Source of the DNA: Methanocellales archaeon | Lineage (GTDB): Archaea; Halobacteriota; UBA148; JAUWXC01 | Assembly (NCBI GenBank): GCA_030610945.1 | Contig: JAUWQV010000002.1 | Coordinates: forward strand, 28,633-92,632 | Direction of reading: 5' to 3' | DNA length: 64,000 nt | Shown: piece after piece, positions 39,298 through 48,023 of the stretch | Layout of the letters: each line of letters starts with the position of its first letter | Position numbering within the stretch: the first letter of the stretch is position 1 | Position numbers and translations under genes: made by a program | Notes under the pieces: model-generated | What the model was told of the DNA's origin: nothing | What the model saw: only the letters and a program-made list of their open reading frames with translations | Database searches by the model: none

Positions 39298-40055
39298 AAT
39301 AGTCTAGAGAGCAAAGACTTTTTCACATTACACAGGTCGATGAAAACGCAGGATTCACACAGAACTTTTCTTGGTTTACCTGGGAGCGTGCCATCTATGA
39401 CCTTTTGGGTCCTGTCCTTGATTCGAAGTGCCATCTTTTTATCGGCTTGTTTGATGCCAACATCGCGAAATTCACCATGTCTAGCGTATTCGATTAGACC
39501 GCGAGAAACAGGACAGTTAAATGTCTCCTCGATCAGGAGTGCGTACGCGGCCAATTGAATTCGTTCATCCTTCCATGCTCCGTATTCAGGTTTGTTACCA
39601 GTTTTGATAATAGATGGAATAATCTCACCATCAATTAACACTAATTTATCGGGGCGGCCTGACATATCGAAGTGGTCAGAATGCATTTGATATTCCTTTT
39701 CCCATGGCGTGATCCGCTGAAGCAGCACATCTCTGCCAAGTGCATCAATGAGATTTTCTATACCGGCCACGATATCGTCGACATTGATGTTTGATACGGC
39801 CCCTATAATCTGTGATTTTTCTATCGCACCTAATTCGCCTTGCGCATCACTTGCGATACTACTTAAATGAGTGGACAATTTACACAGATTGTCATTTTTA
39901 ATCAACAAAGGAAATTTGTAGGCGAGTTCTTTGAGCAGTAGATGTTCTATATACCTAGTAGCAGTCGCTTCATTCAACTTATGCCCCCGCGACACGAAAT
40001 ACACTTGGCGTGGACAAGACAAATATAGAACTAGATCAGACACCCTAATAGTCAA
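39294..40055 (-). CDS. Cas4/RecB-like PD-(D/E)xK nuclease-fold protein (DUF83-like), solo
   Basis: 253 aa. N-terminal YLSCPRQVYF and C-terminal CESCVFIDLC give the 1+3 Cys (C...CX2CX5C) Fe-S pattern of Cas4. Also GRPD and QLAAYALL (QxxxY) motifs. 4-nt overlap with the orc1/cdc6 stop. Confidence 0.65.
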   Translation of the reverse strand: MTIRVSDLVLYLSCPRQVYFVSRGHKLNEATATRYIEHLLLKELAYKFPLLIKNDNLCKLSTHLSSIASDAQGELGAIEKSQIIGAVSNINVDDIVAGIENLIDALGRDVLLQRITPWEKEYQMHSDHFDMSGRPDKLVLIDGEIIPSIIKTGNKPEYGAWKDERIQLAAYALLIEETFNCPVSRGLIEYARHGEFRDVGIKQADKKMALRIKDRTQKVIDGTLPGKPRKVLCESCVFIDLCNVKKSLLSRLF

Positions 40056-41164
40056 TCTCTCAATCCCTTCAAGATATCGTCAGCATTTTTAACCGAGATA
40101 AGCCTGCTCCTGCCCCTGGTGCCCTTGCTAGAATAACGTGTATTGATGAGTTTGGTCGCATCTAGCTTGTTCAGCATTTCATGAAATCGCGTGTATCTCA
40201 GGTTTGTCTTTTCCTGAAACTGTTTATAGAGTGCCCCTGCCCTGACCTCTTCACCCTCCGCGATTAGCCGGAGCAGTACCTTTTCTTCATCTCCCAGCGA
40301 TGAGATGGCGTGTTGTATATGCACAGATCTTGAGCTTTCGTATGCTTCATTAACGTCTTCCTGCGATATGCACTTACTGGCTCTGCGCTCCGCATTAAGT
40401 CCAGCCTTCTTGAGCAGGTCGATGCCCACCCTCAAATCACCAGAACTTTCGACATATTCAACGATTTTGTCCAAAATGTCCTCTGGAATCACGCCAGGGA
40501 AAAATCCGTATTGGATTCTATTTGATAGTATGTCATGGATCTCATCTTGCGTGTATGGCAAAAAGAGAATTTCGCGCGGCAGAAATACAGATGCAACCCT
40601 TGGATCCAATTGATACTGCATCTTTATATCACTCAAGACGCCGATGACGCCAATTCTTGCCTTGGGCTGCACTTCATGTGCCCGCAGGAGTGTATATAGC
40701 ACGTCATTTACCTCACTTTCATAAAACAAGTAATTGATATCATCCAGGGCAACAACCAACACTTTCTCTTTTTCTATTAGGTACTTGACAATTTTCTCAA
40801 ATATCTTTTTAAATGAAACGCCAGATGATGGTGGAGTAAACCCATAGATTTTCTGGAATATTCTAGAGAAAATCTCGTACTTCGTATTGTTGACCTGGCA
40901 ATTAATGTGAACAGGAATTACCGATGCTGTGTGCTTCTCAATTTCTTCAAATATTTTGAGTATGGCAGTGGTCTTTCCGGTGCCTGGCGGACCCAAACAG
41001 AGCGTGTTAACGGGCCTCATGCCCTTCATAGCAGGACGGATGCTGAACATCAGCTCCTCTATCTGAGATTCCCTGTGCCGAAAGTGCTCTGGCACATAGT
41101 CTAACTCAAACATCTCGCCATTTTTGAAGACGGTCTGATCCCACGATAGCACATTCCCTAACAT
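40052..41164 (-). CDS. cdc6: Orc1/Cdc6 replication initiator
   Basis: 370 aa. Walker A GPPGTGKTT, Walker B VVALDDINYL, C-terminal winged helix. Confidence 0.9.
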   Translation of the reverse strand: MLGNVLSWDQTVFKNGEMFELDYVPEHFRHRESQIEELMFSIRPAMKGMRPVNTLCLGPPGTGKTTAILKIFEEIEKHTASVIPVHINCQVNNTKYEIFSRIFQKIYGFTPPSSGVSFKKIFEKIVKYLIEKEKVLVVALDDINYLFYESEVNDVLYTLLRAHEVQPKARIGVIGVLSDIKMQYQLDPRVASVFLPREILFLPYTQDEIHDILSNRIQYGFFPGVIPEDILDKIVEYVESSGDLRVGIDLLKKAGLNAERRASKCISQEDVNEAYESSRSVHIQHAISSLGDEEKVLLRLIAEGEEVRAGALYKQFQEKTNLRYTRFHEMLNKLDATKLINTRYSSKGTRGRSRLISVKNADDILKGLRD

Positions 41165-41291
41165 CTTGAGCTCCTAAGAATACTTTCGCCCTACTCTCAG
41201 ATTACTTTTTTTATACTTATTCTTTTAGTGACGTTAATTAGACATAGGGCTATTACCAATCACCAAAATATTATAATTGTGGAGATGAAAA

Positions 41292-41756
41292 ATGACGGAC
41301 TTTGAGCGGGAAATAGTCAAATCTTTTAATCAGTTTTTTAAGCAGGGTGGAGTGGAAGGCATCGCTTATAGGCTAAAGCAACATAGGTTCACATCACAGA
41401 TGCTTGACGTTTTGGTTGACTCTCCCCATAAGAATTTCTACTTGGGCATCGAATGCAAGAGCGTATCAACTAAAAAAGGGGCTGCTGCACTCTATTTTAC
41501 CCAACATTTTGGCACCGGCCAGATTCTGCGCATAGATGAATTTATCAAAAAGTCTGGTAGAAGGGGGATTTTGGCGGTCGAGCTCAGAAGAGGCAGCGGC
41601 AAAACAAGAGAGGCACATATTATAAACTGGACGGAATTGAGAAAACGGTATGCCAAGGGTTTAGTCGGCTTTACCGTAAATGAAATTGTGCAGTTTCCAG
41701 AAATACGCAGGAAGGGGGGGCGCTACATAATTGTGCCTGAAGCATGGAGGGATTGA
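41292..41756 (+). CDS. Hjc-like archaeal endonuclease-fold protein (putative Holliday junction resolvase type)
   Basis: 154 aa. FEREIVKSF (Glu), LDVLVDS (Asp), YLGIECKS (E-x-K) reproduce the Hjc catalytic pattern E...D...ExK. The C-terminal 50 aa are extra. Confidence 0.5.
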   Translation: MTDFEREIVKSFNQFFKQGGVEGIAYRLKQHRFTSQMLDVLVDSPHKNFYLGIECKSVSTKKGAAALYFTQHFGTGQILRIDEFIKKSGRRGILAVELRRGSGKTREAHIINWTELRKRYAKGLVGFTVNEIVQFPEIRRKGGRYIIVPEAWRD

Positions 41757-41757
41757 G

Positions 41758-42597
41758 ATGATGCCGATTACTGATGACCACATGCACATCGACTTGAAGG
41801 GGCTTGGCATCACAGCTGCCGAGCAGTTTCAGAGGGCAGGAGGCACACACATATTTTTGGTCTCAAAGACGGCACAGAGTTTTGGCATAGAGGTTACATC
41901 TCCTGACGATTTCAAATCAGTGTTTGAACAGACCATAAGAATCGTGGAGATGGTCAATGAACAGACCGAGGTAACGGCCTTTCCAATTCTTGGAATTCAC
42001 CCCGTAGAACTCACAAGATTAGCGAAGCGCTTTGAGTTGGATAAAGCCAAACAAGTGATATACCGTGGTTTAGAAATTGCCATCGATTTTGTAAAAGAGG
42101 GGCATGCGATAGCAATCAAGACAGGCAGGCCTCACTACGAAGTCAGCGATGCCGAATGGTATGCATCCAATGAAATCATGTCTTATGGGATGAAATTGGC
42201 AAGCGAAGTGGGGTGCGCTGTTCAACTGCATACTGAGAGCACAACTCCAGAGGGATTGACAGAGATAGCCAAGATGGCAAGTAATGCTGGATTGACCCCG
42301 GACAAAATAGTCAAGCATTACTCTCCCCCAATGATATCCGCCTATCAAAGTACTGGCATTTTTCCGTCAATACTCGCCAGTGAAGATGCGCTGAATGTCG
42401 CTTTATCACAAGGGGACAGATTCATGATGGAAACCGATTATATTGATGACTTTGACAGGCCGGGCGTCGTTCTCGGGCCAAAAACTGTTCCACGCAGGAC
42501 GAAGCAGTTTATCAAAAAAGGCATTGATGAAGACGTATTTTGGGCCATCCACAAAGACCATCCAGAAAAAGTATATGGGGTTATGATAGATATTTGA
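41758..42597 (+). CDS. TatD-related metal-dependent hydrolase
   Basis: 279 aa from ATG 41758 (MMPITDDHMHID; HxH motif), later QLHTES. The ORF-track start 41731 overlaps the upstream gene. Confidence 0.65.
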   Translation: MMPITDDHMHIDLKGLGITAAEQFQRAGGTHIFLVSKTAQSFGIEVTSPDDFKSVFEQTIRIVEMVNEQTEVTAFPILGIHPVELTRLAKRFELDKAKQVIYRGLEIAIDFVKEGHAIAIKTGRPHYEVSDAEWYASNEIMSYGMKLASEVGCAVQLHTESTTPEGLTEIAKMASNAGLTPDKIVKHYSPPMISAYQSTGIFPSILASEDALNVALSQGDRFMMETDYIDDFDRPGVVLGPKTVPRRTKQFIKKGIDEDVFWAIHKDHPEKVYGVMIDI

Positions 42598-44690
42598 TGC
42601 AAAGAGTTGAAAAAATGCCAGGCGATACGGTTTCCAGGTGGGAAGAGTTCTTAGAACGGTACTACAAGGAGCATATCCTTCGGTTAGCCAGTGTGTATCC
42701 GGAGGAGAGGAGCCTGCTCATAGAGTTCCCAGATATTGTCAAAAAAGATCCAGAACTCGCTGATGTCTTGCTGGAGCGCCCCGATGACGTTTTGCCAGAC
42801 CTGGAAGAGGCTTTACAATCCTTTGCAACACCGACCGGTGAACCGCTCGACGAAGCGCACATCAGGATAATTAAGATTCCTGAAAGAGTTCAAATCAGAA
42901 AATTAAGAAGTGACCACATATCAAGGCTGATTGCGATAGAAGGATTGATACGCAAGGCAACGTCTGTTAGGCCTAAAATCATCAAGGCTGCTTTTAAATG
43001 CATGCGATGCGAACGTGTCACTTATCAAGAACAGGTTGGGACAAAATTCACTGAGCCATATACATGTGAAAATTGTAATAGAAATGGGCCATTCAAATTG
43101 AGTTTAAATGAATCGATTTTTGTAGATGCACAAAAACTGCAGATTCAGGAGTCTCCAGAGGATCTGAGGGGCGGGGAACAGCCCCAAACCCTTGACGTAA
43201 ACATAGAGGAGGACCTAACAGGAATTGTGACGCCAGGTGATAGGGTCATCGTCACAGGCATCCTTCACTCTTACCAGCGAACCTCTCCGGCAGGGAAAAG
43301 CACGTTTTTTGATGTATATCTTAGATGCATATCTATCGAAATACAGGAGCAGGAATTTGAGGAGCTGGATATCTCCAAGGAAGAGGAAAAGGAGATTCTC
43401 AAGTTATCGGAAATGCCAAATATTTACAAGATTGTGATTAATTCGATTGCACCTACCATTTTTGGATATGATGACATCAAGGAGGCGTTAGCACTTCAGC
43501 TGTTCGCTGGCATCCCCAAGTCCCTTCCAGACGGCACCAGGATAAGAGGCGACATTCATGTACTCTTGGTCGGAGACCCTGGCACTGCGAAGTCTCAATT
43601 GCTTAGATACATCGCGACACTTGCTCCAAGGGGCATTTATACCAGTGGCAAGGGTACGACAGCGGCTGGATTAACCGCCACCGCTGTTAAAGACGAATTT
43701 GGAGAAGGGCGTTGGACTCTTGAGGCAGGTGCGCTCGTGCTTGCAGATAAGGGCATTGCAGCAGTTGATGAGCTTGACAAGATGAGACAAGAAGATAGAA
43801 GTGCATTGCACGAGGCGATGGAGCAGCAGACCGTTAGTATAGCCAAGGCAGGTATCATGGCCATGTTGAGGTCGAGGTGCGCGTTGCTTGGTGCTGCTAA
43901 CCCAAAATATGGCAGATTTGACAGGTATGAGTCAATAGCAAACCAGATCAACTTGCCACCTGCGCTTTTGTCCAGATTTGACTTGATTTTTCCCCTTGCA
44001 GATGAGCCTGATGAGGCATTCGATGCAAAAATCGCAGAGCATATTCTTCGAGCTCACTATGCAGGGGAATTAGCAGAGCATATCAAGAAATTTCCTTCTG
44101 GAAAAGTCAGCGAGACAGATGTAGAATCTGCTATGGAGGTGATTCAGCCAGAGGTCGAGCCGGGGTTGTTTAGAAAATATATCGCTTACGCCAAGCGGAC
44201 ATATCCAATACTGAAAGATGATGCCAAGCAGCAGTTAATCGAGTTCTATTTAAGGCTCCGCAAACAGGGCATAGGCGTCGACTCTCCAGTTCCAGTGACT
44301 GCACGCTCTCTGGAAGCGTTAGTACGATTGGCAGAGGCTTCAGCAAGGATTCGATTGAGCGATGTTGTCACAGAAGATGACGCAAATAGGGCAATAAGAA
44401 TTATGGAATCGTGCATGAAGAAGGTAGCGATCGACCCTGAGACCGGGCAGTTCGATGTAGATATAATAGCAGTCGGAACCAGCAAGAGCCAGCGGGATAA
44501 GATCAAAATACTCAGGGAAGTCATACGAGAACTTGAGAAAGAGTATGGAGGGAGAGCGCCTAAAGAGGATATCTATGACAAGGCACAAGCACAGGGCATC
44601 TCCAAGGACATGGCAGAGGAACTTATTGCTAAATTAAAACAACAGGGAGATATCTTTGAGCCGGCTACAGGGTATCTCAAATTGGCATAG
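42597..44690 (+). CDS. mcm: MCM replicative helicase
   Basis: 697 aa from ATG 42597 (overlaps the tatD-like TGA). Zn finger CMRCERV...CENCN, Walker A GDPGTAKS, Walker B AAVDELDKM, arginine finger SRFDL. No intein. Confidence 0.93.
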   Translation: MQRVEKMPGDTVSRWEEFLERYYKEHILRLASVYPEERSLLIEFPDIVKKDPELADVLLERPDDVLPDLEEALQSFATPTGEPLDEAHIRIIKIPERVQIRKLRSDHISRLIAIEGLIRKATSVRPKIIKAAFKCMRCERVTYQEQVGTKFTEPYTCENCNRNGPFKLSLNESIFVDAQKLQIQESPEDLRGGEQPQTLDVNIEEDLTGIVTPGDRVIVTGILHSYQRTSPAGKSTFFDVYLRCISIEIQEQEFEELDISKEEEKEILKLSEMPNIYKIVINSIAPTIFGYDDIKEALALQLFAGIPKSLPDGTRIRGDIHVLLVGDPGTAKSQLLRYIATLAPRGIYTSGKGTTAAGLTATAVKDEFGEGRWTLEAGALVLADKGIAAVDELDKMRQEDRSALHEAMEQQTVSIAKAGIMAMLRSRCALLGAANPKYGRFDRYESIANQINLPPALLSRFDLIFPLADEPDEAFDAKIAEHILRAHYAGELAEHIKKFPSGKVSETDVESAMEVIQPEVEPGLFRKYIAYAKRTYPILKDDAKQQLIEFYLRLRKQGIGVDSPVPVTARSLEALVRLAEASARIRLSDVVTEDDANRAIRIMESCMKKVAIDPETGQFDVDIIAVGTSKSQRDKIKILREVIRELEKEYGGRAPKEDIYDKAQAQGISKDMAEELIAKLKQQGDIFEPATGYLKLA

Positions 44691-44692
44691 AC

Positions 44693-44983
44693 ATGTATCT
44701 CAAGATCTACAGAAGTGGACATCATGTAATGGTTGCGGTATGTGACAGGAGGCTCCTTGGAAAAACGTTTTCTGAAGGCGGACTCAGAATCGAGGCATCA
44801 GAGCTATTTTACAAGGGCGACATGGCTTCAGAGGGGGCAGTAGCAGAGGCACTTAAAGAGGCAACCATTGCCAATCTATTGGGAGAAAAGGCAGTTAGTT
44901 GTGCGCTAAAAAATGGAGTTATTGTGAAGGAGAATATCATAACCATAGGCGACGTACCGCATGCCCAGGCAGTGAGGATGTGA
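44693..44983 (+). CDS. DUF424-family protein
   Basis: 96 aa. MYLKIYRSGHHVMVAVCDRRLLGKTF... resembles the archaeal DUF424 N-terminus (recollection only). Confidence 0.55.
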   Translation: MYLKIYRSGHHVMVAVCDRRLLGKTFSEGGLRIEASELFYKGDMASEGAVAEALKEATIANLLGEKAVSCALKNGVIVKENIITIGDVPHAQAVRM

Positions 44984-44987
44984 AAAT

Positions 44988-45692
44988 ATGGCGTCTCCTC
45001 TTTTTTGTCCCAACTGTGGCCGCGCATCAGAGGGTGGGCTCTGTGCCCAGTGCTTTCTGGAGCGTTTCGCTCTGGTCGAGTGCCCCCTGCTAGAAATCAA
45101 GGTCTGCCCGACCTGCGGCTCTTGCTTCTGGAGAGGAAAATGGATGGAGTGCGACTCCCTTGACCTAGCAACTTCGCTTGTGAAAAGTCAAGTGACGATT
45201 AATCCCGTGGCTGAAGACGTACACATTACGTTTAAGCCTGAACTGCTGGATAAGGGTGCCGTAAAAGTGCACATCGACGTCAATGCCGTGGTGAAATGCG
45301 AGAACGTATCCAGGGAATATGACATTATGGTCAAAGCCAAAAAGGAATCGTGCGATAGGTGCAGCAGAATTGCCGGGAGTTACTATGCTGCCATTGTGCA
45401 GATCCGGGCAGAAGGGCGTTTTCCAACAGCGGAAGAAAGGTCAAAATCTAAAAAGATCGTGCAGGATGTAATCCGAAGAGCCCAGAAAAGTGACAGAATG
45501 GCGTTCATCTCGAATGTAAAAGAGTTGAAAGAGGGCATTGATATCTACGTTGGCTCCATTAAAATCGGCAAGCAGATATCCAAGAGGATTGTCAGTGAAT
45601 TCGGCGGAGCATTCTCCGAGTCCGCAAAATTGGTTGGGCACAAGGATGGAAAAAACCAGTACAGGATTTCGTATGCGGTGCGCCTCAAATGA
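44988..45692 (+). CDS. nmd3: NMD3-family protein (archaeal 60S-export-factor homolog)
   Basis: 234 aa. N-terminal paired CxxC motifs (CPNCG..CAQC..CPTCG) followed by an NMD3-like beta-rich region. Confidence 0.7.
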   Translation: MASPLFCPNCGRASEGGLCAQCFLERFALVECPLLEIKVCPTCGSCFWRGKWMECDSLDLATSLVKSQVTINPVAEDVHITFKPELLDKGAVKVHIDVNAVVKCENVSREYDIMVKAKKESCDRCSRIAGSYYAAIVQIRAEGRFPTAEERSKSKKIVQDVIRRAQKSDRMAFISNVKELKEGIDIYVGSIKIGKQISKRIVSEFGGAFSESAKLVGHKDGKNQYRISYAVRLK

Positions 45693-45715
45693 TTGATCCT
45701 GCGTAAAACAACAAC

Positions 45716-46123
45716 TCACCTATGCTTTACGAAACCTGTATATGCCCCCGCCACCAGCAAGATGATGCCAAGCCCAAGGGCGACATAACTTAAATCCTGA
45801 AGGACCGGCGGAGTTATCAATTCTGGGAAATCGACCAGATTTAAACTGCCCAGGAAAAAGCCGCCCAAGAACACGAATACCACTCCTACAAGAATCATGA
45901 GTGCAGATTTTAGTTTGGTAACGATGATACTCGACTTTTTCACATCTCTAATTTCCTTAGGCTTTTCTTGTATTCCTTGCTCTGGAGTTTTTCCCAGTGT
46001 TTTCTTGAGACGCTCTGCCTTGACTTCTCTAAACTGCTCCTTAAGTCGCTCCATCTTTATTTCTTCAAATTCCTGTCTAAGACGCTCGAGCTCTTCATCG
46101 GTCTTTGGCTGAATTTCCGTCAT
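45716..46123 (-). CDS. Hypothetical membrane protein (charged coiled-coil N-terminus + 2 TM)
   Basis: 135 aa. A Glu/Lys/Arg-rich first 70 aa, then two hydrophobic helices. It is the last gene of the ABC cluster. Confidence 0.4.
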   Translation of the reverse strand: MTEIQPKTDEELERLRQEFEEIKMERLKEQFREVKAERLKKTLGKTPEQGIQEKPKEIRDVKKSSIIVTKLKSALMILVGVVFVFLGGFFLGSLNLVDFPELITPPVLQDLSYVALGLGIILLVAGAYTGFVKHR

Positions 46124-46146
46124 CTATACCACCATAATATGCCACT

Positions 46147-47346
46147 CTACTCATATCTAACTGCTTCGATAGGACTCATCATCGCTGCTTTTCTCGCTGG
46201 ATATAGGCCAGATACAACCCCCACCAAAATCGCGACGAGTATGCTGCCGATCGCGACGGTTGGGGTTACGATGGCTGGCATATCCATTCCCATATATGCG
46301 CTGGCTATCGTACATATCGCCTTGGCAACGATAGTTCCCAATATACACCCTAATATGCCACCTATCAGGCTAATCATCCCCGCCTCCACCAAAAATAAGA
46401 ACATGATGTTTCTGTTGGTAGCGCCGATCGCCTTCATGATTCCTATCTCATGTGTTCGCTCCATCACGGACATCAGCATGGTGTTCATGATGCCTATGCA
46501 TCCCACGACGAGTGCGATAGATGCGATGCCGACCAGCACGACCTGGATAATCATGAAAACGGTTCCTATTTGTTCCATCATTGAGGACATCGACATCGCC
46601 TCGGTGAAACCCTCCAAGTTGTGGTTTTCATCTATCTTTTCTTCGATATCCTCGGCGATTTCTTCTGCCCGATCGATATCGCGTATCTTGACCATCATCA
46701 TCGATACCTCATCCGTTCCCAAAACGTCTTGGGCAGATTTCGTCGTGAGAAATATGGTAGGGTCCAAGTCTGAGGAGGCGACCATACTAGCTTTTTCGAG
46801 GATGCCAACGACCACGAACTCTGACTCATTGATCGTTATGCGATCGTTGAGACCTATGTCATTTTTGAAGTACTCGTGCGCAACGTTGTACCCGATCATA
46901 CATCCCTTGTAATCCCTCTCGCGTATCCATCGTCCCTCTTGGAACACAACGTACTCTTCATACCACTCCTCTAGGTCGCATGGGTCGGCACCCATTACCT
47001 GGACCGGCATGCGCTCGCCTCTGTATTCGACCTCGACCATTTTATACATTAGAGGTGTTACATCTTTGACGCCACTAATCCTTCTCACATCTTCAATGTC
47101 CCTTTCCGTGAAGGCACCCAGCTCGACATAACCTAACCCTGGGATTAGCTTCCCGGGCATGACAGATATAGTGTCAGCAAAGCTGACAAGTTCCTCTGTT
47201 ATCGCGTACTGCATGCCATACCCTACTGCTATCAGTGAGATTATCGCCGCTATACCTACGGCTATACCCAAAAAGGTTAACAGGGAGCGGGTTTTGCGCT
47301 CCTTTATGTTCCTATATGCCAGGACAATGCCATCCATGCCGATCAT
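46147..47346 (-). CDS. ABC transporter permease, MacB/FtsX type
   Basis: 399 aa. One N-terminal TM, a ~230-aa extracytoplasmic domain, and a C-terminal 3-TM FtsX domain. Confidence 0.85.
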   Translation of the reverse strand: MIGMDGIVLAYRNIKERKTRSLLTFLGIAVGIAAIISLIAVGYGMQYAITEELVSFADTISVMPGKLIPGLGYVELGAFTERDIEDVRRISGVKDVTPLMYKMVEVEYRGERMPVQVMGADPCDLEEWYEEYVVFQEGRWIRERDYKGCMIGYNVAHEYFKNDIGLNDRITINESEFVVVGILEKASMVASSDLDPTIFLTTKSAQDVLGTDEVSMMMVKIRDIDRAEEIAEDIEEKIDENHNLEGFTEAMSMSSMMEQIGTVFMIIQVVLVGIASIALVVGCIGIMNTMLMSVMERTHEIGIMKAIGATNRNIMFLFLVEAGMISLIGGILGCILGTIVAKAICTIASAYMGMDMPAIVTPTVAIGSILVAILVGVVSGLYPARKAAMMSPIEAVRYE

Positions 47347-48020
47347 TTTTCATCCCTCAGGATACCGTCCCTCATAGTAATAATTCTGTGCGCTCGCGCA
47401 GCAATTTCCGGGTCATGTGTCACGATGATGAGCGTCTCACCTTTGTCGTTTAGTTTCTCCAAGAAATCCATCATCACTTTGCCTGATTTTGTATCCAGAT
47501 TACCAGTTGGCTCATCACCAAGAATTACTGGTGGATTATTGGCTAATGCCCGGGCAATAGCAACCCTTTGTTGCTCGCCTCCACTAAGTTCTGAAGGTTT
47601 GTGTCTCGCCCTTTCGAGCAAGCCCAGGGTCCCTAATAACTCCTTCGCTCGTTCAATCCTTTTTTCACGTGCAACTCCAGTGAACATCATCGGAAACGCG
47701 ACGTTCTCCAACGCAGAGAGCGTATGAATCAAGTTGAACTGCTGGAAAATAAATCCGATTTTTTCGCGCCTAATTTTCGCCTGCCCGTCATCATTGAGCG
47801 TTGATGTGTCAGTGCCGTCGATAAAAACAGTGCCGCTTGTCGGGTGATCCAGGCAGCCTATCATGTTCAGTAAGGTTGACTTCCCAGAGCCGGAAGGTCC
47901 CTGTATGGCTACAAAGTCTCCCTTGTTTATCTCTAGGTTAACACTTCTGAGCACCGGTACCTCTATCTCGCCCATCCTGTAAGTTTTTGTCAGCTCAACG
48001 GTGCGAATCATTGTGCTCAT
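47343..48020 (-). CDS. ABC transporter ATP-binding protein (MacB/LolD-like)
   Basis: 225 aa. Walker A GPSGSGKST, signature LSGGEQQRV, Walker B ILGDEPTGNLD. Confidence 0.9.
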   Translation of the reverse strand: MSTMIRTVELTKTYRMGEIEVPVLRSVNLEINKGDFVAIQGPSGSGKSTLLNMIGCLDHPTSGTVFIDGTDTSTLNDDGQAKIRREKIGFIFQQFNLIHTLSALENVAFPMMFTGVAREKRIERAKELLGTLGLLERARHKPSELSGGEQQRVAIARALANNPPVILGDEPTGNLDTKSGKVMMDFLEKLNDKGETLIIVTHDPEIAARAHRIITMRDGILRDEK

Positions 48021-48023
48021 ATT

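Noticed and set aside
39294-40055. Cas4-like gene as evidence for a CRISPR-Cas locus
   Set aside because: There is no CRISPR repeat array and no cas1, cas2 or effector genes anywhere in the 64 kb. The gene is fused operonically to orc1, so I treat it as a solo Cas4-family nuclease.
41165-41291. Possible replication origin in the AT-rich spacer next to orc1/cdc6
   Set aside because: The spacer is only 127 bp. I could not find repeated ORB or mini-ORB-like elements or a G-string flanking an unwinding element. It is more simply a divergent promoter region. Marker-frequency data or a genome-wide repeat search would be needed.
39294-45692. Integrated virus or plasmid carrying orc1 and mcm
   Set aside because: I could find no integrase, capsid or conjugation genes and no flanking direct repeats. 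The immediate neighbours (mtnA-like, NMD3) are core genes. It is kept only as an alternative in the finding.
45968-46912. 314-aa ORF antisense to the MacB-type permease and the 135-aa membrane protein
   Set aside because: It is a shadow ORF. The sense genes have coherent TM topology and an operon structure with overlaps.
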